From Pseudomonadota bacterium (lineage in GTDB: Bacteria > Pseudomonadota > Gammaproteobacteria > Nevskiales > Nevskiaceae): DNA of 64,000 nucleotides. The DNA is taken from assembly GCA_040754295.1 (NCBI GenBank), contig JBFMCQ010000003.1:19381-83380 (forward strand), given 5' to 3'. Below the pieces are notes generated by a model. It searched no databases. It was not told where the DNA came from and saw nothing but the letters and a program-made list of their open reading frames with translations. This document shows positions 1 through 8,618 of the stretch, one piece after another. Positions within the stretch are counted from its first letter, which is position 1. The number at the start of each line of letters is the position of its first letter. The translations under genes were made by a program, and so were the position numbers.

Positions 1-462
1 GACGAGGTGGTGGCCGCCGGCCTGCGCGGCCTCGATGAAGCGCGCCGTGAAGCTGTCGAAGGGCTCCACGCGCACGCGCTCGACCTGGGCCTGCCCCGCC
101 TCCTCCAGCCGCCGGATCTGGCGCTCGAAGCTCGTGAACTCGCTGTCGGTCGTCAGCACGCGAAACGGGTGCGCTTCGATGCCGGACAGCGCGCGCAGTA
201 TCAGCTCGTGCGTATTCGTGCCGAAGCAGATCGTCTCGGGATCGGGCAGGTTGAGCAGGCGCGCCAGGTGATGCTGCGCGGTCGGCACGACCTCGCCGAA
301 GACCTTGTCCCACTTCGCGTCGGCAAGCTCGGCGGCATCCAGCCAGGCCTGCTGCTGCGCTTCGAAGCTGACGTCCGGCCACGGATGGTGGCTATGGGCG
401 CAGAAGTGCAGCCGCTGCGGATGCCGGTCGAGGAACCGCGAGAAGTGGTGCTTGAAGCTCAT
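1..462 (-). CDS. PLP-dependent class V aminotransferase-fold enzyme, N-terminal 154 codons (the rest lies beyond the window start)
   Basis: I translated the minus strand from the ATG at 462-460: MSFKHHFSRFLDRHPQRLHFCAHSHHPWPDVSFEAQQQAW...ICFGTNTHELILRAL. GC3 is high in this frame. The ORF track omits it because it runs off the window edge. The family call comes from a remembered N-terminal pattern and was not searched. Confidence 0.5.
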   Translation of the reverse strand, partial: MSFKHHFSRFLDRHPQRLHFCAHSHHPWPDVSFEAQQQAWLDAAELADAKWDKVFGEVVPTAQHHLARLLNLPDPETICFGTNTHELILRALSGIEAHPFRVLTTDSEFTSFERQIRRLEEAGQAQVERVRVEPFDSFTARFIEAAQAGGHHLV

Positions 463-610
463 GGGGCATCTCTCTGCACCTCATCGTACACGTTGCCCGT
501 GTCGAAAAGGGTGCAGCGTCATGGAGATGCGTGCTCGGCGAACCTCCGCGCGGGAATATCGGTCCAAGCCGCGGTAGAATCCAACGGCGTGTCCTGAAAC
601 GGAGGCTTCA

Positions 611-1342
611 ATGAGCTGGAACGAGAACATGCGTGCTGTACCCGCACGTGCGCACGGTAGCGTCGTCCGCGGCACCGCTGCGCATGATCTGGCGGTGGCA
701 TCGGCGCAGAAAGTGTTGCGCAACACTTATCTGCTGCTGTCGATGACGCTGCTGTTCAGCGCCGCCATGGCTGGCGTATCGATGGCGATCGGCGCGCCCT
801 ACGGGTTGAGCCTCGTCTGCTCGCTCGCTGCCCTGGGCCTGCTGTGGTTCGTCGTGCCGCGCACGGCGCAGTCCGAGGCGGGCATCTGGGTGGTCTTCGC
901 CGTCACCGGCCTGCTCGGCTTCGGCCTCGGCCCGGTGCTCAACATGTACCTGAAGGGCTTCGCCAACGGCTCGCAGATCGTCATGGGCGCGTTCGGTCTG
1001 ACCGGTGCCGTCTTCGTCGGCCTCTCCGCCTACGCAGTGCGCAGCCGCCGCGATTTCAGCTTCATGCGCGGCATGCTGTTCAGCGGCATCCTGCTGGCGT
1101 TCGTGCTGAGCATCGGCCTGCTGGTGGCCTCGCTGTTCGGCTACTACTTCCAGCCGCTGGCGCTCGGCATTTCGGCGCTGTTCGCGCTGCTGATGTGCGG
1201 CCTGATCCTGTACCAGACCGGCGAGATCGTGAACGGCGGCGAGACCAACTACGTGCTCGCGACGGTCACGCTCTACGTCGCCATCTACAACCTGTTCACG
1301 AGCCTGTTGCACCTGCTCGGCTTCGCGTCGGGCGAAGATTGA
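611..1342 (+). CDS. Bax inhibitor-1/YccA family inner membrane protein
   Basis: The 243-aa ORF has about 7 hydrophobic helices and the typical BI-1/YccA C-terminus (LILYQTGEIVNGGETNYVLATVTLYVAIYNLFTSLL). A rho-independent terminator follows it. Confidence 0.9.
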   Translation: MSWNENMRAVPARAHGSVVRGTAAHDLAVASAQKVLRNTYLLLSMTLLFSAAMAGVSMAIGAPYGLSLVCSLAALGLLWFVVPRTAQSEAGIWVVFAVTGLLGFGLGPVLNMYLKGFANGSQIVMGAFGLTGAVFVGLSAYAVRSRRDFSFMRGMLFSGILLAFVLSIGLLVASLFGYYFQPLALGISALFALLMCGLILYQTGEIVNGGETNYVLATVTLYVAIYNLFTSLLHLLGFASGED

Positions 1343-1367
1343 TTCACGCGCCGTGCGCGTTCTGCGA

Positions 1368-1393
1368 GCCCCGCCACCCGGCGGGGCTTTTTT
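1368..1393 (+). terminator. Rho-independent terminator
   Basis: Stem gccccgcc / loop accc / stem ggcggggc, followed by tttttt, 26 nt after the BI-1 stop codon. Confidence 0.8.
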
Positions 1394-1406
1394 GTGAGCA
1401 AGACCG

Positions 1407-1751
1407 ATGAACTGGACAGTACTCGGACAGACCGTGGCGCTGCTGGTCCTGTCCAACGTATTCATGACGCTGGCCTGGTATGGCCATCTGCGCGACCTGC
1501 GCGACAAGCCCTGGATCGTCGCCGCGCTGCTCAGCTGGGGCATCGCCCTGTTCGAGTACCTGCTGCAGGTGCCGGCGAACCGCATCGGCTACGGCAGCCT
1601 GACGCTGCCGCAGCTCAAGATCCTGCAGGAAGTGATCACGCTCTGCGTGTTCGTGCCCTTCGTGCTGTTATACATGCAGCAGCCGCTCAAGCTCGATTAC
1701 CTGTGGGCCGCGCTGTGCTTGGTCGGCGCCGTCTATTTCGTCTTTCGCTGA
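1407..1751 (+). CDS. Small DMT-superfamily membrane protein (DUF486-like)
   Basis: The 114-aa ORF has 4 predicted TM helices. The sequence MNWTVLGQTVALLVLSNVFMTLAWYGHLR...GALFEYLLQVPANRIGY matches the remembered DUF486/DMT family pattern. Confidence 0.8.
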   Translation: MNWTVLGQTVALLVLSNVFMTLAWYGHLRDLRDKPWIVAALLSWGIALFEYLLQVPANRIGYGSLTLPQLKILQEVITLCVFVPFVLLYMQQPLKLDYLWAALCLVGAVYFVFR

Positions 1752-1799
1752 GCCTGGATCACGATAGCCTGAAACGATCGACTCCATCAGAAACGATGT

Positions 1800-1835
1800 C
1801 TTTAAATGTTGTTGCGAATCATTATTATTAAGACA
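1800..1835. promoter_or_regulatory. AT-rich island with a Fur-box-like 19-mer (candidate promoter/operator)
   Basis: tttaaatgttgttgcgaatcattattattaagacac is strikingly AT-rich for this genome. Positions 1808-1826 (GTTGTTGCGAATCATTATT) match 13/19 positions of the GATAATGATAATCATTATC consensus by hand alignment. The site lies about 30 nt upstream of the DUF2061 start. Confidence 0.25.
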
Positions 1836-1855
1836 CATTCTTGTGGAGCCACGAC

Positions 1856-2047
1856 ATGGCCAAGACGCTCAGCTTCGGCGCGATGCATATCGGCGTGGCG
1901 TTCACGGTCGTCTACCTGATGACCGGCGACTGGCTCACCGGCGGCCTGGTGGCGCCTTGCGTCAACACGATCGCGTATCACGTCCACGAGCTGCTGTGGA
2001 AACGGCGCGAGGCGGCGGCGCCGGCCGTGCTCGCACACGCGCACTGA
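1856..2047 (+). CDS. DUF2061-like small membrane protein
   Basis: I chose the internal ATG at 1856 because GGAG sits 7 nt upstream. The sequence MAKTLSFGAMHIGVAFTVVYLMTGDW...NTIAYHVHELLW fits the remembered DUF2061 pattern. Confidence 0.7.
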   Translation: MAKTLSFGAMHIGVAFTVVYLMTGDWLTGGLVAPCVNTIAYHVHELLWKRREAAAPAVLAHAH

Positions 2048-2141
2048 GCGGGCTGCGGCGCAGCCGCGCGCTGCGCGCCCCGCGGAGCCGGAGGCGTTCC
2101 GGCTACTCTATGCGCCGTTCGGCCACGGGAAGACGACAACA

Positions 2142-3081
2142 GTGATTTCCGCCGCGGAGTGCCCGCAGCACGATGGCCTGGCGCTCGCCGCGCTGCTGCA
2201 GCGGGGCGAAGTCAGCGCCGCCGAGCTGCTGGAGGCCGCGATCGCGCGCGCCGAGGCGGTGAACCCGGCGATCAATGCGATCGTCACTCCGGTGCACGAG
2301 ATCGCGCGCGAGCGTGCGCGGCAGCCGCTCGAAGGTCCGTTCGCCGGCGTGCCCTTTCTGATCAAGGACGTGATCAAGGACTATGCCGGCGTGCCGACGA
2401 CGGTTGGCAGCCGTGCGATCCGCGACTACGTGCCGGACAAGCATGCCGAGGTCACCGCGCGCTTCCTGCGCAGCGGGGTCGTCGTCTTCGGCAAGACCAA
2501 CTCGCCGGAGCTTGCGCTCGAGGGCATCACCGAGCCGCATGGGCGAAGTCGCCGCCGACATAGCGCAGTGGGGCGCGCTCGCCGGTGCGCGCGAGTCCGA
2601 GTTCGAGCCGGAGACGCGCACGCTGGGCCTGCTCGGCCGCACGCTGCCGGCCGGCGAGGCGGTGCGCTCGTGGCGCCGCTGGAACGACTACGCGCGCGCG
2701 CTCGGTCGTTTCCATCAGCGCTACGCGCTGTATCTGACACCGACGCTGGCGTACCCGCCGGTGCGCATCGGCGAGCTCGAGCTGCCGCGCTGGCAGCGGC
2801 TGGCGCAGTCGCTGCTGCTCGCGCTCGGCGCCGGCAAACTGCTGCATGGCAGCGGCATCGTCGAGCAGCTGGCACGCGACAGCCTGGCGAAGGTGCCGTT
2901 CACGCAGCTCGCCAACCTCACCGGCACGCCGGCGATGTCGGTGCCCTTGAGCTGGACTGCCGCCGAGCTGCCGATCGGCGTGCAGTTCATCGCGCCGTTC
3001 GGCGGCGAAGATCTCCTGTTCCGCGTGGCCGCGCAGCTGGAGCGGGCGCGGTCGTGGGCGCAGCGCAGGCCCAGGCTGTGA
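2142..3081 (+). pseudogene. Amidase-signature family amidase with an internal deletion and frameshift (catalytic core missing)
   Basis: The N-terminal amidase part (...FAGVPFLIKDV...VVVFGKTNSPELALEGITEP) reads in the frame of 2142. From about 2539 the homologous C-terminal part (...EFEPETRTLGLLGRTLPAGE...NLTGTPAMSVPLSWTAAELPIGVQFIAPFGGEDLLFRVAAQLE) reads in the frame of 2383. The two parts total about 313 codons, against about 470-490 for intact relatives. No GGSSGG Ser-cisSer-Lys segment is present. Confidence 0.75.
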
Positions 3082-3094
3082 GGCGGGAAACGGC

Positions 3095-5899
3095 GTGAGC
3101 GATCCGCTGCAGCAGCAGCTTGCCGAGCGACTGCCTGCGGTCGCGGTGGAGTTGCCGCGCGTGCTCGCCGCCAGCCGGTTTCTGCGCGCGGCGCTGCAGG
3201 TGCTCGCCGACGCCGGTGAGGGTTTCGACGACTTCGCCCGTCATTACCGTGCCGGCGACACCGCAGCGCGGGTCGATGCGGCGCTCGCGGGCTGCGACGA
3301 CCGGCCGGCCTTCATGCGCGCGCTGCGGCGCTGCCGGCGCCGGCAGATGGCGCGCATCGCGCTGCGGGATCTCGCCGGCGTCGCCGAGCTCGACGAGACG
3401 CTGCGCGACCTGTCGGATCTCGCCGATGCCTGTGTCGACGCGGCGCTGTGCCATGCGCAGCGACAGCTGCAGCGCGCCCACGGCGTTCCGCGCACGGCAG
3501 ACGGAGAGGAAATCCGCCCCGTCGTGCTCGGCATGGGCAAGCTCGGCGGCCGCGAGCTGAACTTCTCGTCCGACATCGACCTGATCTTCTGCCACACCGA
3601 CGCCGGTGAAACCGACGGCGAGCGGTCCTTGAGCTCCGACGAATACTTCGCACGCCTGGCGCAGGAGACGAGCCGGCTGCTGCTCGCGCGCACCGAGGAC
3701 GGATTCGTCTTTCGCGTCGATACGATGCTGCGGCCGTTCGGCTCCGCCGGTGCGCTGTCGGCGTCGTTTCGGGCGCTGGAGGATTACTACCAGGTGCACG
3801 GGCGCGAATGGGAGCGCTACGCGCTGATCAAGGCGCGGCCGATCGCCGGCGACCTCGATGCCGGCTACGAGCTGCTGCAGATGCTGCGGCCGTTCGTCTA
3901 CCGGCGTTATCTGGACTACAACGCGATCGGCGCACTGCGCGAGCTCAAGCGCCTGATCGGCGACGACGTCGTGCGCAAGGGGCTCGAAGACGACATCAAG
4001 CTCGGCGCCGGCGGCATTCGCGAGATCGAGTTCATCGTGCAGTCGTTTCAGCTGGTGCGCGGCGGCGCGGTCGCGGCCCTGCGCGACAGCCGTCTGCGTC
4101 CGGTACTGCGCTATCTCGGCGACAACGGCTATCTGGCGGCGGCGGATGCGCAGCGGCTCGATGAGAGCTACGTGTTCCTGCGCCGCCTGGAGAACGCGAT
4201 CCAGATGTACGCCGACCATCAGACGCACGCACTGCCGGCGACCGGCGAGGCCCGTGCGGCGCTGGTCGCCGCGCTGCGCTTCGACGACTGGTCGCAGCTC
4301 GTGGCTCGGCTCGCTGCGGTGCGCGGTTTCGTCGCCGCGCAGTTCGCGCGCGTGTTCGCCAGAGATGAGGACAGCAGCGACAGCGGGCAGCGGCCGCTCG
4401 TCACCGCGCTGTGGAGCGGCGCGCTCGGCGGCGAGGCGGCGCTCGACGCACTGTATGCCGCCGGCTTTCGCCGCGATCCGCAGCGGGTGCACGCCGAGAT
4501 CGAATCGCTGCGCAGCGCACGGCTGGTGCGCGAGATGCGCGACGACGCCGTGCGGCGGCTGCAGGCGCTGGTCGCGCGGCTGTTCGACGAGGCGCTCAAG
4601 CACAGCGAGCCGGAAACCGCGCTGGTGCGTACGCTGCGTGTGGTCGAGGCCGTTGCCGGCCGCAGCCCTTATCTAACCTTGCTGTACGAATCCGACGCCG
4701 CGCGCGGCGGGCTCGTGCGCCTGTGCGCGGCGAGCCCGTGGCTCGCCGAGTTCATCGCGCGCTCACCGATGGTGCTCGACAGCCTGCTCGATCCGCGCAC
4801 GCTGTACGCACCGCCGGACCGCGACGAACTGTTTGCCGAGCTGGCGCGGCGCGCGGAGTCGCTGCATCCGCCGGCGGATACCGAGCAGGCGATGGATCTG
4901 CTGCGGCACTACCAGAAGGAGATCACGCTGCGCGTCGCCGCCGCCGATCTGGTCGAGGCGCTGCCGCTGGTCATGGTCAGCGACCGGCTGACCTGGCTCG
5001 CCGAAGCCATCGTCGCTCAGGCGCTCGCCTTCGCCTGGGCCGAGATGCGCGCGCAGTACGGCGAGCCGTTGAAGAGCGATGGCACGCCGGCCGGCTTCGC
5101 CGTGATCGCCTACGGCAAGTTCGGCGGCATCGAGCTGGGCTACGGCTCGGATCTCGACCTCGTGTTCCTGCACGACTGCGACGCGCTCGACGCCGACAGC
5201 GTCGGCGGCGCCCGGCGCATCGACAACGGCACTTATCTCTCGCGTCTGGCGCAGCGCCTGATCAACTGGCTGTCGACGCAGACGCCCGCCGGTCGCGCCT
5301 ACGAAGTCGATACCGAGCTGCGGCCGAACGGGCGCTCCGGGCTGCTGGTGACCAGCGTCGCCGGATACGAGGCGTATCAGAAGGGCGACGCCTGGACCTG
5401 GGAGCATCAGGCGCTGACGCGTGCGCGCTGGGTGGCCGGCAGCCGCGCGATCGGCGCCGCCTTCGCGCGCATCCGCCGGGAAGTGCTCACGCGGGTGCGC
5501 GACGCCGCGGCGCTGCGCGCCGAGATCATCGCCATGCGCGCGAAGATGCGCGCGAATCTCGACAAGTCGACCGCCGAGGTCTGGGACGTCAAGCAGGGCG
5601 AAGGCGGGCTGATCGACATCGAGTTCATCACGCAGTATCTGGTTTTGCGCGACGCGCATCGCGATCCGCGCATCGTCGAGTGGAGCGACAACTGGCGCCA
5701 GCTGGAAGCGCTGACCGCTGCCGGGGTGATCTCGGACGACGACTGCGAAACGCTGATCCACGCCTACCGCAGGCTGCGCGCGTGGAGCCACGCGCGCAGC
5801 CTGCAGCAGGCGGACGCACGCGCGCCGCGCGGCGCGTTTGTAGAGGAGCGCGAAGCCGTGCGCCGGCTGTGGCGCGGCATCGGGCCGGGGTCGGAATAG
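3095..5899 (+). CDS. glnE: Bifunctional glutamine synthetase adenylyltransferase/adenylyl-removing enzyme
   Basis: The ORF is 934 aa with two nucleotidyltransferase modules (GKLGGRELNFSSDIDLIF and GKFGGIELGYGSDLDLVFLH). Length and motifs are typical of GlnE. Confidence 0.95.
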   Translation: MSDPLQQQLAERLPAVAVELPRVLAASRFLRAALQVLADAGEGFDDFARHYRAGDTAARVDAALAGCDDRPAFMRALRRCRRRQMARIALRDLAGVAELDETLRDLSDLADACVDAALCHAQRQLQRAHGVPRTADGEEIRPVVLGMGKLGGRELNFSSDIDLIFCHTDAGETDGERSLSSDEYFARLAQETSRLLLARTEDGFVFRVDTMLRPFGSAGALSASFRALEDYYQVHGREWERYALIKARPIAGDLDAGYELLQMLRPFVYRRYLDYNAIGALRELKRLIGDDVVRKGLEDDIKLGAGGIREIEFIVQSFQLVRGGAVAALRDSRLRPVLRYLGDNGYLAAADAQRLDESYVFLRRLENAIQMYADHQTHALPATGEARAALVAALRFDDWSQLVARLAAVRGFVAAQFARVFARDEDSSDSGQRPLVTALWSGALGGEAALDALYAAGFRRDPQRVHAEIESLRSARLVREMRDDAVRRLQALVARLFDEALKHSEPETALVRTLRVVEAVAGRSPYLTLLYESDAARGGLVRLCAASPWLAEFIARSPMVLDSLLDPRTLYAPPDRDELFAELARRAESLHPPADTEQAMDLLRHYQKEITLRVAAADLVEALPLVMVSDRLTWLAEAIVAQALAFAWAEMRAQYGEPLKSDGTPAGFAVIAYGKFGGIELGYGSDLDLVFLHDCDALDADSVGGARRIDNGTYLSRLAQRLINWLSTQTPAGRAYEVDTELRPNGRSGLLVTSVAGYEAYQKGDAWTWEHQALTRARWVAGSRAIGAAFARIRREVLTRVRDAAALRAEIIAMRAKMRANLDKSTAEVWDVKQGEGGLIDIEFITQYLVLRDAHRDPRIVEWSDNWRQLEALTAAGVISDDDCETLIHAYRRLRAWSHARSLQQADARAPRGAFVEEREAVRRLWRGIGPGSE

Positions 5900-5929
5900 G
5901 ATCGGCGGACGGGGCGGTATCGGGGGCGC

Positions 5930-6748
5930 TCAGTCGAAATTCAGCGCGTAGTCCGGCTTGCTCGGGTTGTTTGCTGCATCGAGGCCGGGGAGCGGATAGC
6001 GATCCTTGCGTGGCCGCGAGCTGCCCTCGAGCAGTGCCTTGTTGAGCAAGGTGATCTCGATGACGGTCGGGAAGTCGATGCCGGCGTCGTAAGGTTTGCA
6101 GTTGTTGCCGTGCACGTGCACGACGGCGAAGTGCTCGCCGAGCTTGCGCAGCGCTTCGTTGAAGCGGACCTTCTCGCGGTCCAGATCGTGGAATTCCGCC
6201 GCGATGCAGCTGATGCGCTCGTGGCCGGCGGCCACGGCGGGAATCACCTCGTACTCGCCGCCCTCGATGTCCATTTTCAGAAACACGTCGTGCCGGCCGG
6301 CAGGCTGCGCGAGCGCGAGCAGTGCGTCGACCGAGACGCTCGATGCACCGCCGGTGGCGGCGACCCGCTTCATGATGTGCCGGTGCGGCGGCCTGAAAAA
6401 CGAGAAGTAGCGGACCGACGCGTCGAGACGGCGACGCCACTTGCGCAGTTTGCGGCGGTTGAAGGTCAGCGCGTAGAACAGCAGCTTGAACAGACTGGCG
6501 CAGAACCGGCCGACGAAGAACAGCGGGCCGACGGTGTGGTCGACGCCGATGAGCTGCGCCTGCGGATTGGCGCGCAGAAAGTCCTCGTCGAAGCTCCATT
6601 CGTCGGAGAGTCCGAGCGACAGCAGGTACCGGGCCGAGCGCACCGCGTCGTCCGGCACGACATAGCCGCCGTCGCCGTCGGGACGGCCGAGCCGCACCAG
6701 CCGGGCGCACTCGACGGGCCGCAAGGCCGCGCGGTTCAGGTTCTCCAT
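5930..6748 (-). CDS. FkbM-family methyltransferase
   Basis: The 272-aa ORF contains ...DVFLKMDIEGGEYEVI...AAEFH..., the hallmark of the FkbM (Methyltransf_21) family. Confidence 0.8.
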   Translation of the reverse strand: MENLNRAALRPVECARLVRLGRPDGDGGYVVPDDAVRSARYLLSLGLSDEWSFDEDFLRANPQAQLIGVDHTVGPLFFVGRFCASLFKLLFYALTFNRRKLRKWRRRLDASVRYFSFFRPPHRHIMKRVAATGGASSVSVDALLALAQPAGRHDVFLKMDIEGGEYEVIPAVAAGHERISCIAAEFHDLDREKVRFNEALRKLGEHFAVVHVHGNNCKPYDAGIDFPTVIEITLLNKALLEGSSRPRKDRYPLPGLDAANNPSKPDYALNFD

Positions 6749-6796
6749 GACTCTCCTGGGCTTGAGCAGACGCGATTCTGCGCGATACGCGGCGCG

Positions 6797-7873
6797 CTAG
6801 CGAGTGCGTTGCAGCGCCCGGCGGTAGACCGCCAGCGTTTGCTGCGCGGTCACCTGCCAGGTCTTGGCCGCGGCATAGGCGCGAGCGGCCGCGCGCTGCG
6901 CAGCGGACATCGCCAGCACCGCCTCGATACCCTGCGTCAGGGCCTCGACCGAAGTCGCATCTGCGAGCACCGCGTGGCCGCCGGCGACCTCGGGGCAGCT
7001 GCCGCCATGGCTCGTCAACACCGGCGTGCCGGCGGCCATCGCCTCGAGAATCGGCAAGCCGAAGCCCTCGTAGAGCGACGGAAAGCTCAGCGCCTCGGCG
7101 CCGGCGTAGAGCAGCGGGATATCGGCGTCATCGACATACCCCGCAAGCACGACCTGCGCTTGCGCCGCGTGCTCAGCGAGCAGATTCTGCAGGCGGGCTC
7201 GTACACGTTCGTTGCAGTGGCCGACGAGGACGAGCCGGTGCGTGCGCGCCGCGGTGCTGCGCATGAACGCCGGCAGCAGGCGGGCCAGGTTCTTGTTCGG
7301 GGCCAGCAGACCCTGGAACAGCAGGTACGGCGCACCGCCGGCGAAGCGCTGCCGCGCCCGCGCCTTGCCGGCGGCGTCGACCGGTACGAAGCGCCTCGAG
7401 ATGCCGTGATGCACGACCGCGGTCGCCGCGGGATCGAAGCGAAAATGCGCGAGGAAGTCGCGGCGCGTGTTCTCGCTGACGAATATCAAGGCATCGGCGC
7501 GCGCCGCCAGATCCTCGTAGACGGCACGTTGCTGCGCGATTGCCTCGGCGCTGCTGTAGTTGATGCCGACCATCGCATAAACGTCGTGGACCGTGGCCAC
7601 CAGCGTGGCGCACCGCGCATGCGGCAGCCGCTGGCCGGTGGCGTGGATCAGGTCATAGCCCGCGAGCGGCGGCCACGGCGTGCCGAGCCAGGCGCGCCGG
7701 CGCACGCCGGCAAGCAGCGCGTGCCGTCGCCGCCAGCGCGACAGGCGATAGAGCTGGGTCAGCCGCGGTGCGTCGTCGAGCTGCAGCAGATGTTCGGCGA
7801 GGCTCAGCGCATAGCGCCCGATCCCGGTCGGGTTGGCATTGACGGCGTTCGTGACTTCCAGGGCGACGTGCAT
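6797..7873 (-). CDS. Glycosyltransferase family 4 (GT-B, group 1)
   Basis: The 358-aa ORF carries the C-terminal motif FPSLYEGFGLPILEAMAAGTPVLTS, typical of the GT4 EX7E region. Confidence 0.9.
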   Translation of the reverse strand: MHVALEVTNAVNANPTGIGRYALSLAEHLLQLDDAPRLTQLYRLSRWRRRHALLAGVRRRAWLGTPWPPLAGYDLIHATGQRLPHARCATLVATVHDVYAMVGINYSSAEAIAQQRAVYEDLAARADALIFVSENTRRDFLAHFRFDPAATAVVHHGISRRFVPVDAAGKARARQRFAGGAPYLLFQGLLAPNKNLARLLPAFMRSTAARTHRLVLVGHCNERVRARLQNLLAEHAAQAQVVLAGYVDDADIPLLYAGAEALSFPSLYEGFGLPILEAMAAGTPVLTSHGGSCPEVAGGHAVLADATSVEALTQGIEAVLAMSAAQRAAARAYAAAKTWQVTAQQTLAVYRRALQRTR

Positions 7874-7953
7874 GGCGCCGTATTCTTGGGCTTTCGGGCG
7901 ATCCGGGCAGCGGGCTCAGGGCATAATCCGCGTCGTTCCGCGCCGGCCAGCCC

Positions 7954-8616
7954 ATGATTCTCTCGAACCGCTACAACTTTCTCTACGTCCACATCGCCAA
8001 GACCGGTGGCACCAGCGTGCGCGCGGCGCTGCGCAAGCTGCAGTGGAAGGACCCGTATTACCTGGCACAATTCGTCTGCTCGCGGCTGTCGCATCTGACC
8101 GGGCACCGCATCGCCGCCAAGCTGCCGCGGCACGCCAAGATCGTCTGTGCGCAGGAGATGCTGCCGAAGGACTTCTTCGACGGGCTGTTCAAGTTCGCGT
8201 TCGTGCGCAATCCCTGGGACCTGCAGGTGTCGAGCTATCACCATCTCAAGCGCGAGCGGCCGCATCTGCTCGAAGGCCACGAGAGCTTCGAGGCGTTCAC
8301 GCGCTGGAAGCTCGATCCGCAGCGGCCGTACCAGTACCACCTCGACACTGCGATCACGCCGCAGACGGACTATCTGATCGATCTGCACGGCGGCGTGCTG
8401 ACGAACTACCTCGGCCGCTACGAGCGTCTGCACGAGGACTTCGACCACATCTGCCGCACGATCGGCGTGCCGACGCCGGAGCTGCCGCACAAGCGCCAGG
8501 CGACGGACCGTTCCAAGGACTACCGTAGCTACTACAGCGACGATCTCGCCGAGCTGGTCGGGCGCCACTTCGCGCGCGACGTCGAAGTGCTCGGCTACCG
8601 CTTCGATCCGAGCTGA
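7954..8616 (+). CDS. Sulfotransferase family protein (Sulfotransfer_2-like)
   Basis: The 220-aa ORF has a 5'-PSB-like motif (YVHIAKTGGTSV) and a 3'-PB-like motif (FAFVRNPWDLQVSSY). Confidence 0.85.
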   Translation: MILSNRYNFLYVHIAKTGGTSVRAALRKLQWKDPYYLAQFVCSRLSHLTGHRIAAKLPRHAKIVCAQEMLPKDFFDGLFKFAFVRNPWDLQVSSYHHLKRERPHLLEGHESFEAFTRWKLDPQRPYQYHLDTAITPQTDYLIDLHGGVLTNYLGRYERLHEDFDHICRTIGVPTPELPHKRQATDRSKDYRSYYSDDLAELVGRHFARDVEVLGYRFDPS

Positions 8617-8618
8617 GC

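Noticed and set aside
6110-7957. A 615-aa plus-strand ORF and other long ORFs antisense to the FkbM/GT4 genes. Similar cases occur at 20203..22317, 20847..23018, 22813..25227, 35435..37801, 54377..56896 and 56364..58886
   Set aside because: These are shadow ORFs opposite genes with clear family motifs. Their products are low-complexity and rich in R, A, G and D, and carry no recognisable domains.
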